From an uncultured Sulfolobales archaeon (GTDB taxonomy: Archaea; Thermoproteota; Thermoprotei_A; Sulfolobales; Acidilobaceae): DNA of 64,000 nt. Within the stretch, counting starts at the first letter, position 1. The number at the start of each line of letters is the position of its first letter. The translations under genes and the position numbers were made by a program. Positions 19,933 to 29,515 of the stretch are shown piece after piece. The notes under the pieces are model-generated. The model was not told the origin of the DNA. It searched no databases and was given only the letters and a program-made list of their open reading frames with translations. The stretch spans positions 49,719-113,718 of the forward strand of contig CAKZTZ010000007.1 in the NCBI GenBank assembly GCA_937921695.1, in the 5' to 3' direction.

Positions 19933-21145
19933 TATTGGGGAGCTCGTAACTTTCCACAACGGCCCCCTAGCTAGGGTTTCCGAAGATAACGCTGTCATCA
20001 TCAGGGATGCCGGGGTGGCTGTCAGGGATGGGGTTATAGTAGCTGTGGGTAAGTCTAGAGATGTAAAGTCCAGGTTTGAAGGGGAAGCGTTAAACGCTCA
20101 AGGCCTCCTAGCGACTCCAGGCTTAGTAGACCCCCATACCCACCTAGTCTTCGCAGGCTCGCGGGAGGACGAGTTTAACCTCAAACTCCAAGGGGTTAGC
20201 TATAGTGAGATCTTAGCTAGGGGGGGAGGCATATATAGGACTGTAAAGGCCACGCTAGAAGCTAGCTTTGAAGACCTCCTGTCGAAAGCAATTGAGACAG
20301 CTAGTCTCATGTTAAACCATGGAACAACAACTGTTGAAGTTAAAAGCGGGTACGCTTTAAGCCTAGAGGGGGAGCTTAAGATGCTTAAAGTAGCTAAGGC
20401 TCTCGGAGAAGCCTCGAGTATAACTGTGATACCTACTCTCCTAGCCCATGTACCACCCCGGGAGTATAGGGAGTCTAGCTTTGAATACGCCAGGTACTTC
20501 GCTGAAGTAATAGTCCCAACGGTTTCAAAAGAGAATCTAGCGGCTTACATCGACGTTTTCTGCGATAGGGGTGCCTTCAACGTTGACGAGTCTAGAATCA
20601 TAATAGAGGCGGGGCTTAAACACGGGCTCAAAGCTAGGATGCATGCAGACCAGCTAGCCTACATAGGCTGCTCGAAACTAGCAGAAGAACTCCCAATAGA
20701 CTCCCTCGACCACCTAGAGAAGATGCCGGAAGAGAACGCTAGAATACTAGCTGAGAGAGGAGTCACAGCAGTTTTAACGCCAACAAGCATAATGGCAATG
20801 ATGGAACCCAAAAAACCCCCAGTAGAAGCCCTAAGGAAGGCTGGAGTTGTAATAGCTATAGCGTCAGACTATAACCCTAACAACATGACACCATTACAGC
20901 AGACAGCAATGGATATAGCCCCCTACATTCTAAACTTAACCCCGCTAGAAGCCCTAGCAGCAGCCACTATAAACGCTGCTAGAAGCCTAAACATACACCA
21001 TAAACTCGGATCTATAAGTGAAGGCTACAAAGCCGACATAGTCCTCTGGGATCTCGAGAACTATAAATGGATAGGGTACACGTGGGGCTACAATAAAGCC
21101 CTACTAGTAGTGAAAGATGGTAAGATAGTGCGCGGGAAAACATAG
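19886..21145 (+). CDS. hutI: Imidazolonepropionase HutI
   Basis: VDPHTHLVFAGSREDEF, RMHADQL and an amidohydrolase-type C-terminal region. The start is more likely the GTG at 19907 (VKADLIIYNIG...). Confidence 0.85.
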   Translation: MSWGVVGVKADLIIYNIGELVTFHNGPLARVSEDNAVIIRDAGVAVRDGVIVAVGKSRDVKSRFEGEALNAQGLLATPGLVDPHTHLVFAGSREDEFNLKLQGVSYSEILARGGGIYRTVKATLEASFEDLLSKAIETASLMLNHGTTTVEVKSGYALSLEGELKMLKVAKALGEASSITVIPTLLAHVPPREYRESSFEYARYFAEVIVPTVSKENLAAYIDVFCDRGAFNVDESRIIIEAGLKHGLKARMHADQLAYIGCSKLAEELPIDSLDHLEKMPEENARILAERGVTAVLTPTSIMAMMEPKKPPVEALRKAGVVIAIASDYNPNNMTPLQQTAMDIAPYILNLTPLEALAAATINAARSLNIHHKLGSISEGYKADIVLWDLENYKWIGYTWGYNKALLVVKDGKIVRGKT

Positions 21146-21231
21146 TTTAATATCTCCCCCCTCATTTTATCTTATATAACACATACCAATGGATAAAAAC
21201 GTGAAGAAACACGTGAACCCCGGGTGGTTGT

Positions 21232-21483
21232 TTGAGTCTCCAGCTTAGGGAAGAGGGGGTCTACCAGCTGGATTTGAAAGGCTATGTTTGCCCTTATCCT
21301 CAAATAATGACCCTACAGGCTTTAAAGGGGCTGCGCGTAGGCGATGTTCTCGAAGTTTTAACTGATAATCCCCCGTCTTGCGAGAATGTCCCGGCAGTTG
21401 TTAGGAGGGAGGGTCATGAGGTTCTCGGTGTTGAAAAGATAGGGGTGGGGGTTTGGAGGATCAGGATTAGGAAAGCACGTTAA
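21232..21483 (+). CDS. tusA: TusA/SirA-like sulfur carrier protein
   Basis: 83 aa with the CPxP active-site motif in LDLKGYVCPYPQIMT. Confidence 0.75.
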   Translation: MSLQLREEGVYQLDLKGYVCPYPQIMTLQALKGLRVGDVLEVLTDNPPSCENVPAVVRREGHEVLGVEKIGVGVWRIRIRKAR

Positions 21484-21490
21484 GCTTCTC

Positions 21491-23632
21491 CTACATGTAT
21501 GCGTCGAGCCCTTTGCCTTCGCTCTTACTTATTTTGAGGGCTTCTTCTTTCCTTCCTAAGTATTCTAGGATTTCCCGCACTATCCCCGGGCCTATCCCCG
21601 GTATTTTTAGTAAGTCTTGGGGGCTTGCTAGTGCTAGCTCGTGTATCGCCTTGTACCCTGCTTCGTATAGTCTCCTAGCTCTTACTCTACCTATTTTAGG
21701 TATCGCTACTAGGGGTATTAGTTCGGGTTTGATCCCATGTCTTATCCTCTTAGCTAGGATTTTAAGGTTGCTCGATATTTCCCTGCTAAAGCCTAGGACT
21801 TGGATTACGTTGGAGAGCCCTGAGGCTATCCATTCTGCGTTGTCCACTATCATAGCTATGTCTCCGGGGCCCACGTTATACCTCTGGAGGAGCTCGTCTT
21901 CCGAGACTTCGTTGATCCAATCGTATATTATGAGCGCTATTTTAACAGCTCTAACCTCTTTGGGGTCCATCCAGTCTATAGAGTCTACGAGCTTTGGAGC
22001 CTCGTCGAGAATCCTTTCTATGAGGTCTGACTCTTCCCTCTTAGGCACTGGGAGCGTCGTCATGTCGGGCATTGAAGCCACGAGGAGGGAGAGCTCTACG
22101 TCCCCGTAGCCTCTAAGCCTCCCCATAATAGCTCTAGCCTTGGGGGCTGTCTCAGGGTCTAGGTAGTTCCTTGAAACCTCGAAGCCTAGGAGTGTAGCTT
22201 TATACTCGTTACCTGAGCCTTCTATAAGCCCCCACTCTATGAGGTCTCTTATAGCTCTAGACACTTGTGATCTAAGGCTTGCAACACTGTTCTGCATAGA
22301 GTATAGGGTTCTCTCCATAACTCTAGTTATGTTCTTAAGGTCTACGGCGAACCCTGAAGCTATGAGGCCTAGGATCATGTGCCTCAAACCCCTCAAGCCT
22401 CCGAGAGAGCTCTCAACCCTCTCTATGTCGCCTTCAATATATGTCTCCACGAGATCCTCAATATCCTCTGAGCTGCTAGATATGATTATGGCTTCACCGT
22501 AAGGATCTAAGCCCGGCCTCCCAGCCCTGCCTGCAAGCTGCTTATACTCGTAGACCCCTATAGGCCTCATAATCCCCCCTTCATATCTTAAAACATCATC
22601 AACTATAACCCTCCTCGCCGGCAGGTTGACGCCGGCTGCTAGCGTTGGAGTAGCATATATTACAGCTAAGCCTTTCCTCCTGAAAGCATCCTCAATTATG
22701 ATCCTCTGCTCGTTGGAAAGCCCAGCATGATGATAGGCCACCCCTCTGGACACGAGGTTTGAAAGCTCCTCCCTGAGAATCCTCGGGCCCCCACTATCCA
22801 TGAGCTCCCCGGCAGCTTCCCTCGCTATTTTATCGTCGAAGTTTAGTTTATGGCTGAAACTTGAAGCTCTATGAGCTAGGTTAACAACCCTCCTCCTAGA
22901 CTGTGAGAAAACGAGAGACTGCCCCCCTTCCCTAGAGCAGTCTATAGCCAGGTCCACGTCCGGGAAACCTACTACCTCGGGTATCTTCCTAGAACTCCCG
23001 TCATGATAGCGTATCTCACCCTTCCAGTAGACTCCTTCATAGAGGGGTACTGGCCTCCAACTGTCAACTATGAGCTTCGCATTAAGCCACTCGGCGAGCT
23101 CCTCAGCGTTAGGTATTGTAGCGCTTAGGGCGACAACTTGCAAGCCTCCCCGGGCGGCTAGGATCTTAGCTATGAGGGACTCGAGTACAGGCCCCCTCTC
23201 TGGATCCCCTACATAGTGGAGCTCGTCCACCACTAGAACGTTAATGCTTTCAATAGTTGAAGGCTCGTTTCTCAGTATAGAGTCTAGCTTCTCATATGTT
23301 GTAACTACCACGTCGCCTCTAACGCTTGAAACCTCATAGTCTCCTATGCTAATCCCCACACTATAGCCTAGGGGTTCTAGAACTTTGAACTCTCTATGTT
23401 TCTCTAGGGCTACGCTCCTTAATGGTGTCGTGTAGAAGGCTCTGCCCCCAGTCTCCGCCAGCCTATTGACTATGGCTATGAGCCCTATTAATGTTTTACC
23501 GGAAGCTGTGGGCGCCGCTACTACGAGGTTTACCCCTTTCTCAACCCCGGCCTCGAGAGCCTTAACCTGTGGGGGGTAGAGGCTCTTATAGCCTAAGGCT
23601 TCTAGGAGTCTTCCCGTAGCTTTTGTAGGCAT
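21491..23632 (-). CDS. hel308: Ski2-family DNA helicase Hel308/Hjm
   Basis: Helicase motifs VAAPTASGKTLIG, VVDELHYVGD, SATIPNAEE and HHAGLSNEQR. The C-terminal HhH-like region is PKIGRVRARRLYEAGY...IPGIGPGI. Confidence 0.9.
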   Translation of the reverse strand: MPTKATGRLLEALGYKSLYPPQVKALEAGVEKGVNLVVAAPTASGKTLIGLIAIVNRLAETGGRAFYTTPLRSVALEKHREFKVLEPLGYSVGISIGDYEVSSVRGDVVVTTYEKLDSILRNEPSTIESINVLVVDELHYVGDPERGPVLESLIAKILAARGGLQVVALSATIPNAEELAEWLNAKLIVDSWRPVPLYEGVYWKGEIRYHDGSSRKIPEVVGFPDVDLAIDCSREGGQSLVFSQSRRRVVNLAHRASSFSHKLNFDDKIAREAAGELMDSGGPRILREELSNLVSRGVAYHHAGLSNEQRIIIEDAFRRKGLAVIYATPTLAAGVNLPARRVIVDDVLRYEGGIMRPIGVYEYKQLAGRAGRPGLDPYGEAIIISSSSEDIEDLVETYIEGDIERVESSLGGLRGLRHMILGLIASGFAVDLKNITRVMERTLYSMQNSVASLRSQVSRAIRDLIEWGLIEGSGNEYKATLLGFEVSRNYLDPETAPKARAIMGRLRGYGDVELSLLVASMPDMTTLPVPKREESDLIERILDEAPKLVDSIDWMDPKEVRAVKIALIIYDWINEVSEDELLQRYNVGPGDIAMIVDNAEWIASGLSNVIQVLGFSREISSNLKILAKRIRHGIKPELIPLVAIPKIGRVRARRLYEAGYKAIHELALASPQDLLKIPGIGPGIVREILEYLGRKEEALKISKSEGKGLDAYM

Positions 23633-23649
23633 GTGCTTCTACAGCCTCT

Positions 23650-25737
23650 CTATACTGGGCTGTAGCATTGGGGTCTAACCTCTATTATTAACCCTTGCTG
23701 GCGCATTTTCTCTATAACCTCCGTTATCTTAGACTCTTCAACCCTCTGTTTTGAAGTCACCTCTGACACTATGTCCTGGACCTTGACGCATCTTCCCCCC
23801 TCACTGCGCCTCTTTATAGTATCTAAGACTATGGCCATGAGCCTTCTCGCTGTGAACCCGGCTCCTGTCATTATCGTTGTAACGTCTATAGTTCCACTCT
23901 CAATGTCTAAGCCTACGCTCTGGAGGAATGCTGACATGAGCCTTATAGCTGCGGCCGCATCCTCTTCTGTGACTTCACTCTTAAGGGTCATCCTTGCATG
24001 GGCTTCAGCCAGCCTTATTATTGCTTCAAGCTGCCTGGCTGTTATGGGTATTGGGGATTGGGAGCCCTGGCTCACATATTGTAGTGCCGAGCTCCTAGTT
24101 TCAACGAAGAACTCTTCTATGAGATCCCTAGCTTGGGGCGTTAGCCTCGGCCTTACATATCTCCTAGCGTATATAACGTATTTTTTGAGGAGCTCCGGGT
24201 CTATCTCAGGCTTAAACCTCTCAGCTACACTGTGAGCTTCTAAAATGTGCTTAGCGAGCTGCCTATCCCTCTCAACCCCTATTATATCTCTAACTACGAA
24301 TATAAGGTCGAACCTCGATAGAATAGTGGGGGGTAGGTTAACGTTATCTATAAAACTCCTCTGGGGATCGTAAACCCCAAGCTTGGGGTTACCGGCGGCT
24401 AATATTGAAGTTCTAGCGTTAAGCCTTGCAACAATGCCCGCCTTAGAAATGCTTATATGCTGCTGCTCCATAGCCTCATGTATAGCGACCCTATCATCTT
24501 TCTCCATCTTATCAATCTCATCTATAACAGCAACACCTCCATCTGCGAGGACTAGAGCCCCAGCTTCTAAATAGTACTCTCCAGTCTTCGAATCCCTCAA
24601 CACAGCGGCCGTCAACCCGGCGGCCGTAGAGCCCTTCCCAGTAGTATATAGGGACCTGGGAGCTATCCTAGTAGCAGCCTGGAGTAGCTGGCTCTTAGCA
24701 ACCCCAGGGTCTCCCACGAAGAGGACGTGGATATCGCCTCTAATCCTCGTCCCGTCTGGGAGCGTTTTAGGGGTCCCCCCGAATAGGAGGAGGGCTATAG
24801 CCTCTTTCAAATCCCAGTAGCCGTATATGCTGGGAGCTATGCTAGCTATGATCCTCTCTTTTACCCATGGGTCCCTCTGTAGCTCCTTTATCTTCTCCTC
24901 ATCCTCCCTCGATATACTAACTTCCTCTAGCACCCTCTCTGAAACTCTTAGACTGTTAGCTTCTATGTAGGGCTCGTAGAGGGGGCTCCTCTCCCCTGTG
25001 CTCTCTAGTTTAACTATGCCAACTACTGTAACCCTATCTCCAGGCCTGGCGGAGTCTACGAGGTCATAGGTTAGGTGGGCTTCAATACTCCTGGGCATTT
25101 GCCCTCCGGGCACGTCTTCAGGCTTCTCCTGGATTACGATCCTCTGCCAGTCTATATACTCTGATTTTTCCTTCAATAATAGGAATTTCCCCCCACCTTC
25201 TCCACACACTGGGCATATGCTTGGCCTCTCAACTCTCTCACCTATCTCCTCCTCTTCCTGGGGCCATGTGAATTCGGAGCCGCACTTCTCATGCCTGAAT
25301 ATGGCTTTAACCATTTTACTCCTTAGGGGGTGCATTCTCGTTATTATACCCTCTATCTGGACTAGTTTGCCCACATGCTCGCTCCTAATATCCCTTATCT
25401 TGTAAGTGTCGTATAGCCCAGCTACTCTAACTATGAACTTTTTCTTCTTCTCTACAAGCTCTATATTCTCTTGGGCTACAAGTTCTTTAACAGCCTCACC
25501 CGCATCCCTGAGGACTTCGGAGGGCTTATCTACAAGAAGGTAGGCGAGCTCCAAGTCATACTTGTAGAGGTCTGGAAACTCTATTATAAGGCTTCTAGCT
25601 CCAAACTCTATCATACGTCTAAGCCTATCAATATACTTGAACCTCCCACTCTCATCTCTAAAGTTAGATATGAAATCCCTAAACCTCTCAACGTAAACAG
25701 CCTCCGCCACACTGCCTACTTCAGCCACGCCCCCCAC
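23650..25737 (-). CDS. mcm: Replicative helicase MCM
   Basis: Zn motif HEKCGSEF...CPVCGEGG, Walker A FVGDPGVAKSQLL, Walker B AVIDEIDKM, SILAAGNP, and the arginine-finger region LSRFDLIFVV. No intein is present (695 aa). Confidence 0.95.
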   Translation of the reverse strand: MGGVAEVGSVAEAVYVERFRDFISNFRDESGRFKYIDRLRRMIEFGARSLIIEFPDLYKYDLELAYLLVDKPSEVLRDAGEAVKELVAQENIELVEKKKKFIVRVAGLYDTYKIRDIRSEHVGKLVQIEGIITRMHPLRSKMVKAIFRHEKCGSEFTWPQEEEEIGERVERPSICPVCGEGGGKFLLLKEKSEYIDWQRIVIQEKPEDVPGGQMPRSIEAHLTYDLVDSARPGDRVTVVGIVKLESTGERSPLYEPYIEANSLRVSERVLEEVSISREDEEKIKELQRDPWVKERIIASIAPSIYGYWDLKEAIALLLFGGTPKTLPDGTRIRGDIHVLFVGDPGVAKSQLLQAATRIAPRSLYTTGKGSTAAGLTAAVLRDSKTGEYYLEAGALVLADGGVAVIDEIDKMEKDDRVAIHEAMEQQHISISKAGIVARLNARTSILAAGNPKLGVYDPQRSFIDNVNLPPTILSRFDLIFVVRDIIGVERDRQLAKHILEAHSVAERFKPEIDPELLKKYVIYARRYVRPRLTPQARDLIEEFFVETRSSALQYVSQGSQSPIPITARQLEAIIRLAEAHARMTLKSEVTEEDAAAAIRLMSAFLQSVGLDIESGTIDVTTIMTGAGFTARRLMAIVLDTIKRRSEGGRCVKVQDIVSEVTSKQRVEESKITEVIEKMRQQGLIIEVRPQCYSPV

Positions 25738-26311
25738 CTTTCGAAGTTAGAGTTTTAAGATACTCCCTCCAAGCCTCCACAGCTTTAACCATGTGATTAT
25801 AAACTATAGCCTCTTCCGGGGACATTTTATCTCTAACATTCTCAGCTAGGGAATAAGCCAGCCTTAATATCTTTGAAAGCCTAGTCTCCCCTATGTCGAG
25901 CAAGTTCTTCTCAGCCACCTCTCTATCCCTAAGTAGCGTGCCGCTCGGAGCCTCTCTAATAAGCCTGTCGAGCTTCTCAATAAACTCGCTAGACCTCAAA
26001 TAAAAGTCTTGGGGTATAGGGTTAATTTGATCCCCCACCCTCCTCCTCTCCCTAAAATGAACTGTATTAATATAGTCGACATCAATAGGAGACTCCTTCA
26101 CCTCGACAAAACCAAGACCTTTCAAAAGCCTAGCCTGCCACCTAGGAAGCTCTATCTCATCACCCCTCTTAACGTCTAGGGTTCCGGAAGGCGTGGGAAG
26201 CCCCGCATAATCCTTAAGGAAAATAACTCTAACCCTCTTAACTTCATAGTCCAGCCTAATCAACTCTAGCCTCTCTTTAAACAACAAACCCCCCACTATA
26301 GTGTGGAACAT
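25721..26311 (-). CDS. gins23: GINS subunit, Gins23-type (beta domain N-terminal, helical domain C-terminal)
   Basis: 196 aa immediately upstream of mcm and overlapping it by 17 nt, as in the crenarchaeal gins23-mcm operon. The N-terminal beta-rich segment is VRVIFLKDYAGLPTPSGTLDVKRGDEIELPRWQARLLKGLGFVEV, followed by a helical part. Confidence 0.55.
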   Translation of the reverse strand: MFHTIVGGLLFKERLELIRLDYEVKRVRVIFLKDYAGLPTPSGTLDVKRGDEIELPRWQARLLKGLGFVEVKESPIDVDYINTVHFRERRRVGDQINPIPQDFYLRSSEFIEKLDRLIREAPSGTLLRDREVAEKNLLDIGETRLSKILRLAYSLAENVRDKMSPEEAIVYNHMVKAVEAWREYLKTLTSKGGGRG

Positions 26312-26514
26312 CCGAGGGAAATAAAGGAATTAGCCCGCCCTAGAAACCACCAGCACATAACCGCCCGCTCCCCGGAGAATACCTATAACTTCTAGTAGCC
26401 AGAAAATAAACATGCAATTGTCGAGGCGGGTTTAACTCTACAGCTAGAACCCTCAAACCTTCTACTCAGCCTGGTCTCATATGGCTTCCTGTTAACTCAG
26501 ACCTCTCTACTTAT

Positions 26515-27882
26515 CTAGTAGTAATAGTCTAAGCCTCTGCCTCCTTTCTTCTTAGTGGTTTTATCTTCTTTTGGTTTTTTATCCTCTACTTCCTCCGGTT
26601 TGGCTCTTCTTATTTTCTCTATGGCTTTGACTATGTCATTGGTTTTTGGGCCCGCTAAATATTCTATCATCTCTTTATCTAGCTTGTAGCCTAATGCTAG
26701 TCTCGCGGCCATAGCAGGGTCCGCCTCGTTCCTAAATATTACTGTGAGCACTGGGATTATCTCGTTTTTAACAGTCCTCTTAGATGTTAAGAGTCTACGC
26801 GCTAGGTGTTCCGCTAGTTTCTCCCTAAGTTCCCTCTTAGCTTTTAGCTGGCTCATTAGCCTTATCCTCTCGGGGAACCCGTATTTAGCCCCTGATATTT
26901 CCCCGCTCACTCTAGCGAAGGCTACCCCCGGGCCTATGAGGTCGAACACGTATGATAGGAGTGCCCATTCTCCACTCTTGCTCCTGTTTAGGAATACTGT
27001 GGCCCTCGCCAGGGACTCGTATGCTCTGTAAAGGTCGTATGGGTCGCTGTATTTTCTCGGTATGTTATCGTTGAGCCATGCTATGAGCGTTTCATAGTCC
27101 TCATCGCTCTGAGTCACAGCTTTCTTAGCCATCCATGCTTGTTTCGCATATAGTACTCCGCTCAGGGTTCTCCATATGTTTAGTGTTTTCTCCCTTCCTT
27201 TGAGGAGGGCTCTAGCCAAGTCTAGGGTGACTTCCCTATAGCCTTCAGCTATTGTTTGTAGGTCGTTTACTGCTGCTCTAGCATCCCCCATGCTCTTATC
27301 AGCTATATATGAGAGTGCTTCTTTATCGCATTTCAGCCTCTCAGACTCGCATATCCTCTGGAGTAATGTGATTATCTGGGTATTAGTGAGTTCTCTGAAT
27401 TCCACCATTAACGAGTATTCTCTTAAATCCCTCAACTGCTCTTTCCATGGGTCGTTTGCAGTCATTACTATAGGGTTTAGGGTCTCTTTTACAATGTTCA
27501 CTAGGGCCTCAATACCTCCTTCGTCAGCTTTAGGGTCTAGGCCGTCGACTTCATCCATGAGTATTATGAGGCCCCTCCTGAACAATGGCCTCTTTTTAGC
27601 CGCTACAGCCACGGTCCTCTCTATGTCGCTCTTCCTCCTGTAATCGCTGGCGTTGAGCTCGAGGACTTCCATGTTAAGCTCTCTAGCTAGAGCTTCAACA
27701 AGGCTTGTTTTGCCTACCCCCGGGGGCCCGTGGAGTAGGGCTACCCTCTTAGCTGGTATTCTGCCTTTCAACCATTCTTCAAGCCATTCCCTGAGGGTTT
27801 TCTTAGCTTGTTCCTGGCCTATGATCTCTTCAACCCTGCGCGGCCTATACTTTATTATCCACGGTAGCCTCCTCTCAGACAC
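26515..27882 (-). CDS. rfcL: Replication factor C large subunit
   Basis: IIKYRPRRVEEIIGQ, Walker A LLHGPPGVGKTSLV, Walker B ILMDEVDGL, and a Lys-rich C-terminal tail ending GGRGLDYYY. Confidence 0.9.
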   Translation of the reverse strand: MSERRLPWIIKYRPRRVEEIIGQEQAKKTLREWLEEWLKGRIPAKRVALLHGPPGVGKTSLVEALARELNMEVLELNASDYRRKSDIERTVAVAAKKRPLFRRGLIILMDEVDGLDPKADEGGIEALVNIVKETLNPIVMTANDPWKEQLRDLREYSLMVEFRELTNTQIITLLQRICESERLKCDKEALSYIADKSMGDARAAVNDLQTIAEGYREVTLDLARALLKGREKTLNIWRTLSGVLYAKQAWMAKKAVTQSDEDYETLIAWLNDNIPRKYSDPYDLYRAYESLARATVFLNRSKSGEWALLSYVFDLIGPGVAFARVSGEISGAKYGFPERIRLMSQLKAKRELREKLAEHLARRLLTSKRTVKNEIIPVLTVIFRNEADPAMAARLALGYKLDKEMIEYLAGPKTNDIVKAIEKIRRAKPEEVEDKKPKEDKTTKKKGGRGLDYYY

Positions 27883-28857
27883 TTAAGATACCCTCTTACC
27901 TAGTAGGGATAGCCATGCTATGAGGGCTGAGAGCTGTATATCGTCATCGCTACCCTCTACAAGCCTATAGTGTACTTCACCCACATAATCCGCTATGAGA
28001 ACCCTATACTCTTCTGGAATGTTAAGCTCCTGGCTGAATACTTCCCTGTGTATTTGTCTCACTATATCCTCTCCGCTTAAACCATAATCTATCATAAGCC
28101 TTCTAGCTAGCTCCCTAGCCTCCATGAACTTGCCTGAGAGCGCGAGCTTAATCATATCCCTAACCTCTCTAGGCCTAGCCATGCCCACAACGCGGAAAAC
28201 AGAGTCTACTGTTACCTTACCTAGGCTTGCTGCCGCCTGGAGGATGTTTATAGCTTTCCTCATATCCCCCTCGCTTATCTCATATATAGCGTCTAGAGCT
28301 TCATACTCGTATTTAACGCCCTCCCCCTCAGATATGAACCTGAGCCTCTCAACAATATCATCCTTCTTAAGCGGCACAAACCTGAGGAAGGCACACCTAC
28401 TCTGTATAGGGTCTATTATCTTGGAGGGGTAGTTAGCCACTAGTATAAACCTTGTAGACCCGGAATAAAGCTCCATAAGCCTCCTAAGAGCCTGCTGGGC
28501 ATCCCCCGTCATATTATCAGCCTCGTCGAGGAGGACAATCTTGAAAGGAACCCCCTCAGGAGCCCTACTCCTAGCGAACTCCTTAACCTTCTCCCTAATA
28601 ACGTTAATACCCCTCTCATCGCTAGCATTAAGCTCCAACATGTACTGCCTATAGTTCTCACCATAAAGATCGTGGGCGAGAGCGTGCGCAGCAGTAGTCT
28701 TACCGGTACCTGGGGGGCCTGCGAAGAGCAGGTGGGGAATATTCCTCTCCTTAACAAACTGTTTAAGCCTTGTAACCACATCAGTCTGGTTAACGATCTC
28801 GTCAAGACTCCTAGGCCTATACTTCTCAACCCACAATATCTCAGCTACGCTCAACAC
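27883..28857 (-). CDS. rfcS: Replication factor C small subunit
   Basis: WVEKYRPRSLDEIV, LFAGPPGTGKTT, VLLDEADNMT and the SRC motif IQSRCAFLRF. It abuts rfcL with no gap. Confidence 0.95.
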   Translation of the reverse strand: MLSVAEILWVEKYRPRSLDEIVNQTDVVTRLKQFVKERNIPHLLFAGPPGTGKTTAAHALAHDLYGENYRQYMLELNASDERGINVIREKVKEFARSRAPEGVPFKIVLLDEADNMTGDAQQALRRLMELYSGSTRFILVANYPSKIIDPIQSRCAFLRFVPLKKDDIVERLRFISEGEGVKYEYEALDAIYEISEGDMRKAINILQAAASLGKVTVDSVFRVVGMARPREVRDMIKLALSGKFMEARELARRLMIDYGLSGEDIVRQIHREVFSQELNIPEEYRVLIADYVGEVHYRLVEGSDDDIQLSALIAWLSLLGKRVS

Positions 28858-29001
28858 CTAACACCTCAACTATACAGCCGCCTTCTAGCTATTTTCTACT
28901 CCATATTCTTTAAAGGGTTAGCCTGTGTTTTAAATATTCATAGTAGCCCCCCGGCATCTAACATAGTTACGCGCACATTGCTAGCTATTAATTAAAGGTT
29001 A

Positions 29002-29457
29002 TTATAGGGGGGTCTTAGTTTTTGATAGCACCATTATATCCGTTATTTTCGTCGTCGGATACTGGCCCCTCTCGTCTTTCTCATACTTTTTAACCATATC
29101 CCATACTGTTAGGAGGGCTGAAGCGACCCCCGTTATGGCTTCCATTTCCACACCTGTCTCCGCTTTCGTTTTAACTGTGACTGTCACTTCTACATAGTCT
29201 TCTCCATAGTTGAAGTTAACGTTGACAGCAGTTATTGGTATTGGGTGGCATAGTGGGAGTATTTGGGGCGTGTTCTTAACTGCGAGTATAGCTGCTATTG
29301 AAGCTACACTCTCCACATCCCCTTTTTCCACTGTTTTCTCTCTTATCATTTTGACTGTTTCAGGCTTCAACATTATTTTCCCAGAAGCTATGGCCTCCCT
29401 ATATACGGGTTCTTTTAGAGTGATATCCACCATGCGGGCTCCATTCAACTGTTTCAC
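29002..29457 (-). CDS. moaC: Cyclic pyranopterin monophosphate synthase MoaC
   Basis: MVDITLKEPVYREA, LPLCHPIPIT and GVEMEAITG. Confidence 0.9.
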   Translation of the reverse strand: MKQLNGARMVDITLKEPVYREAIASGKIMLKPETVKMIREKTVEKGDVESVASIAAILAVKNTPQILPLCHPIPITAVNVNFNYGEDYVEVTVTVKTKAETGVEMEAITGVASALLTVWDMVKKYEKDERGQYPTTKITDIMVLSKTKTPL

Positions 29458-29515
29458 CCCTAACTTACATGTTTATAAACTGTTAAATAATCTAGTCTAG
29501 TATTCTATTAGGGGT

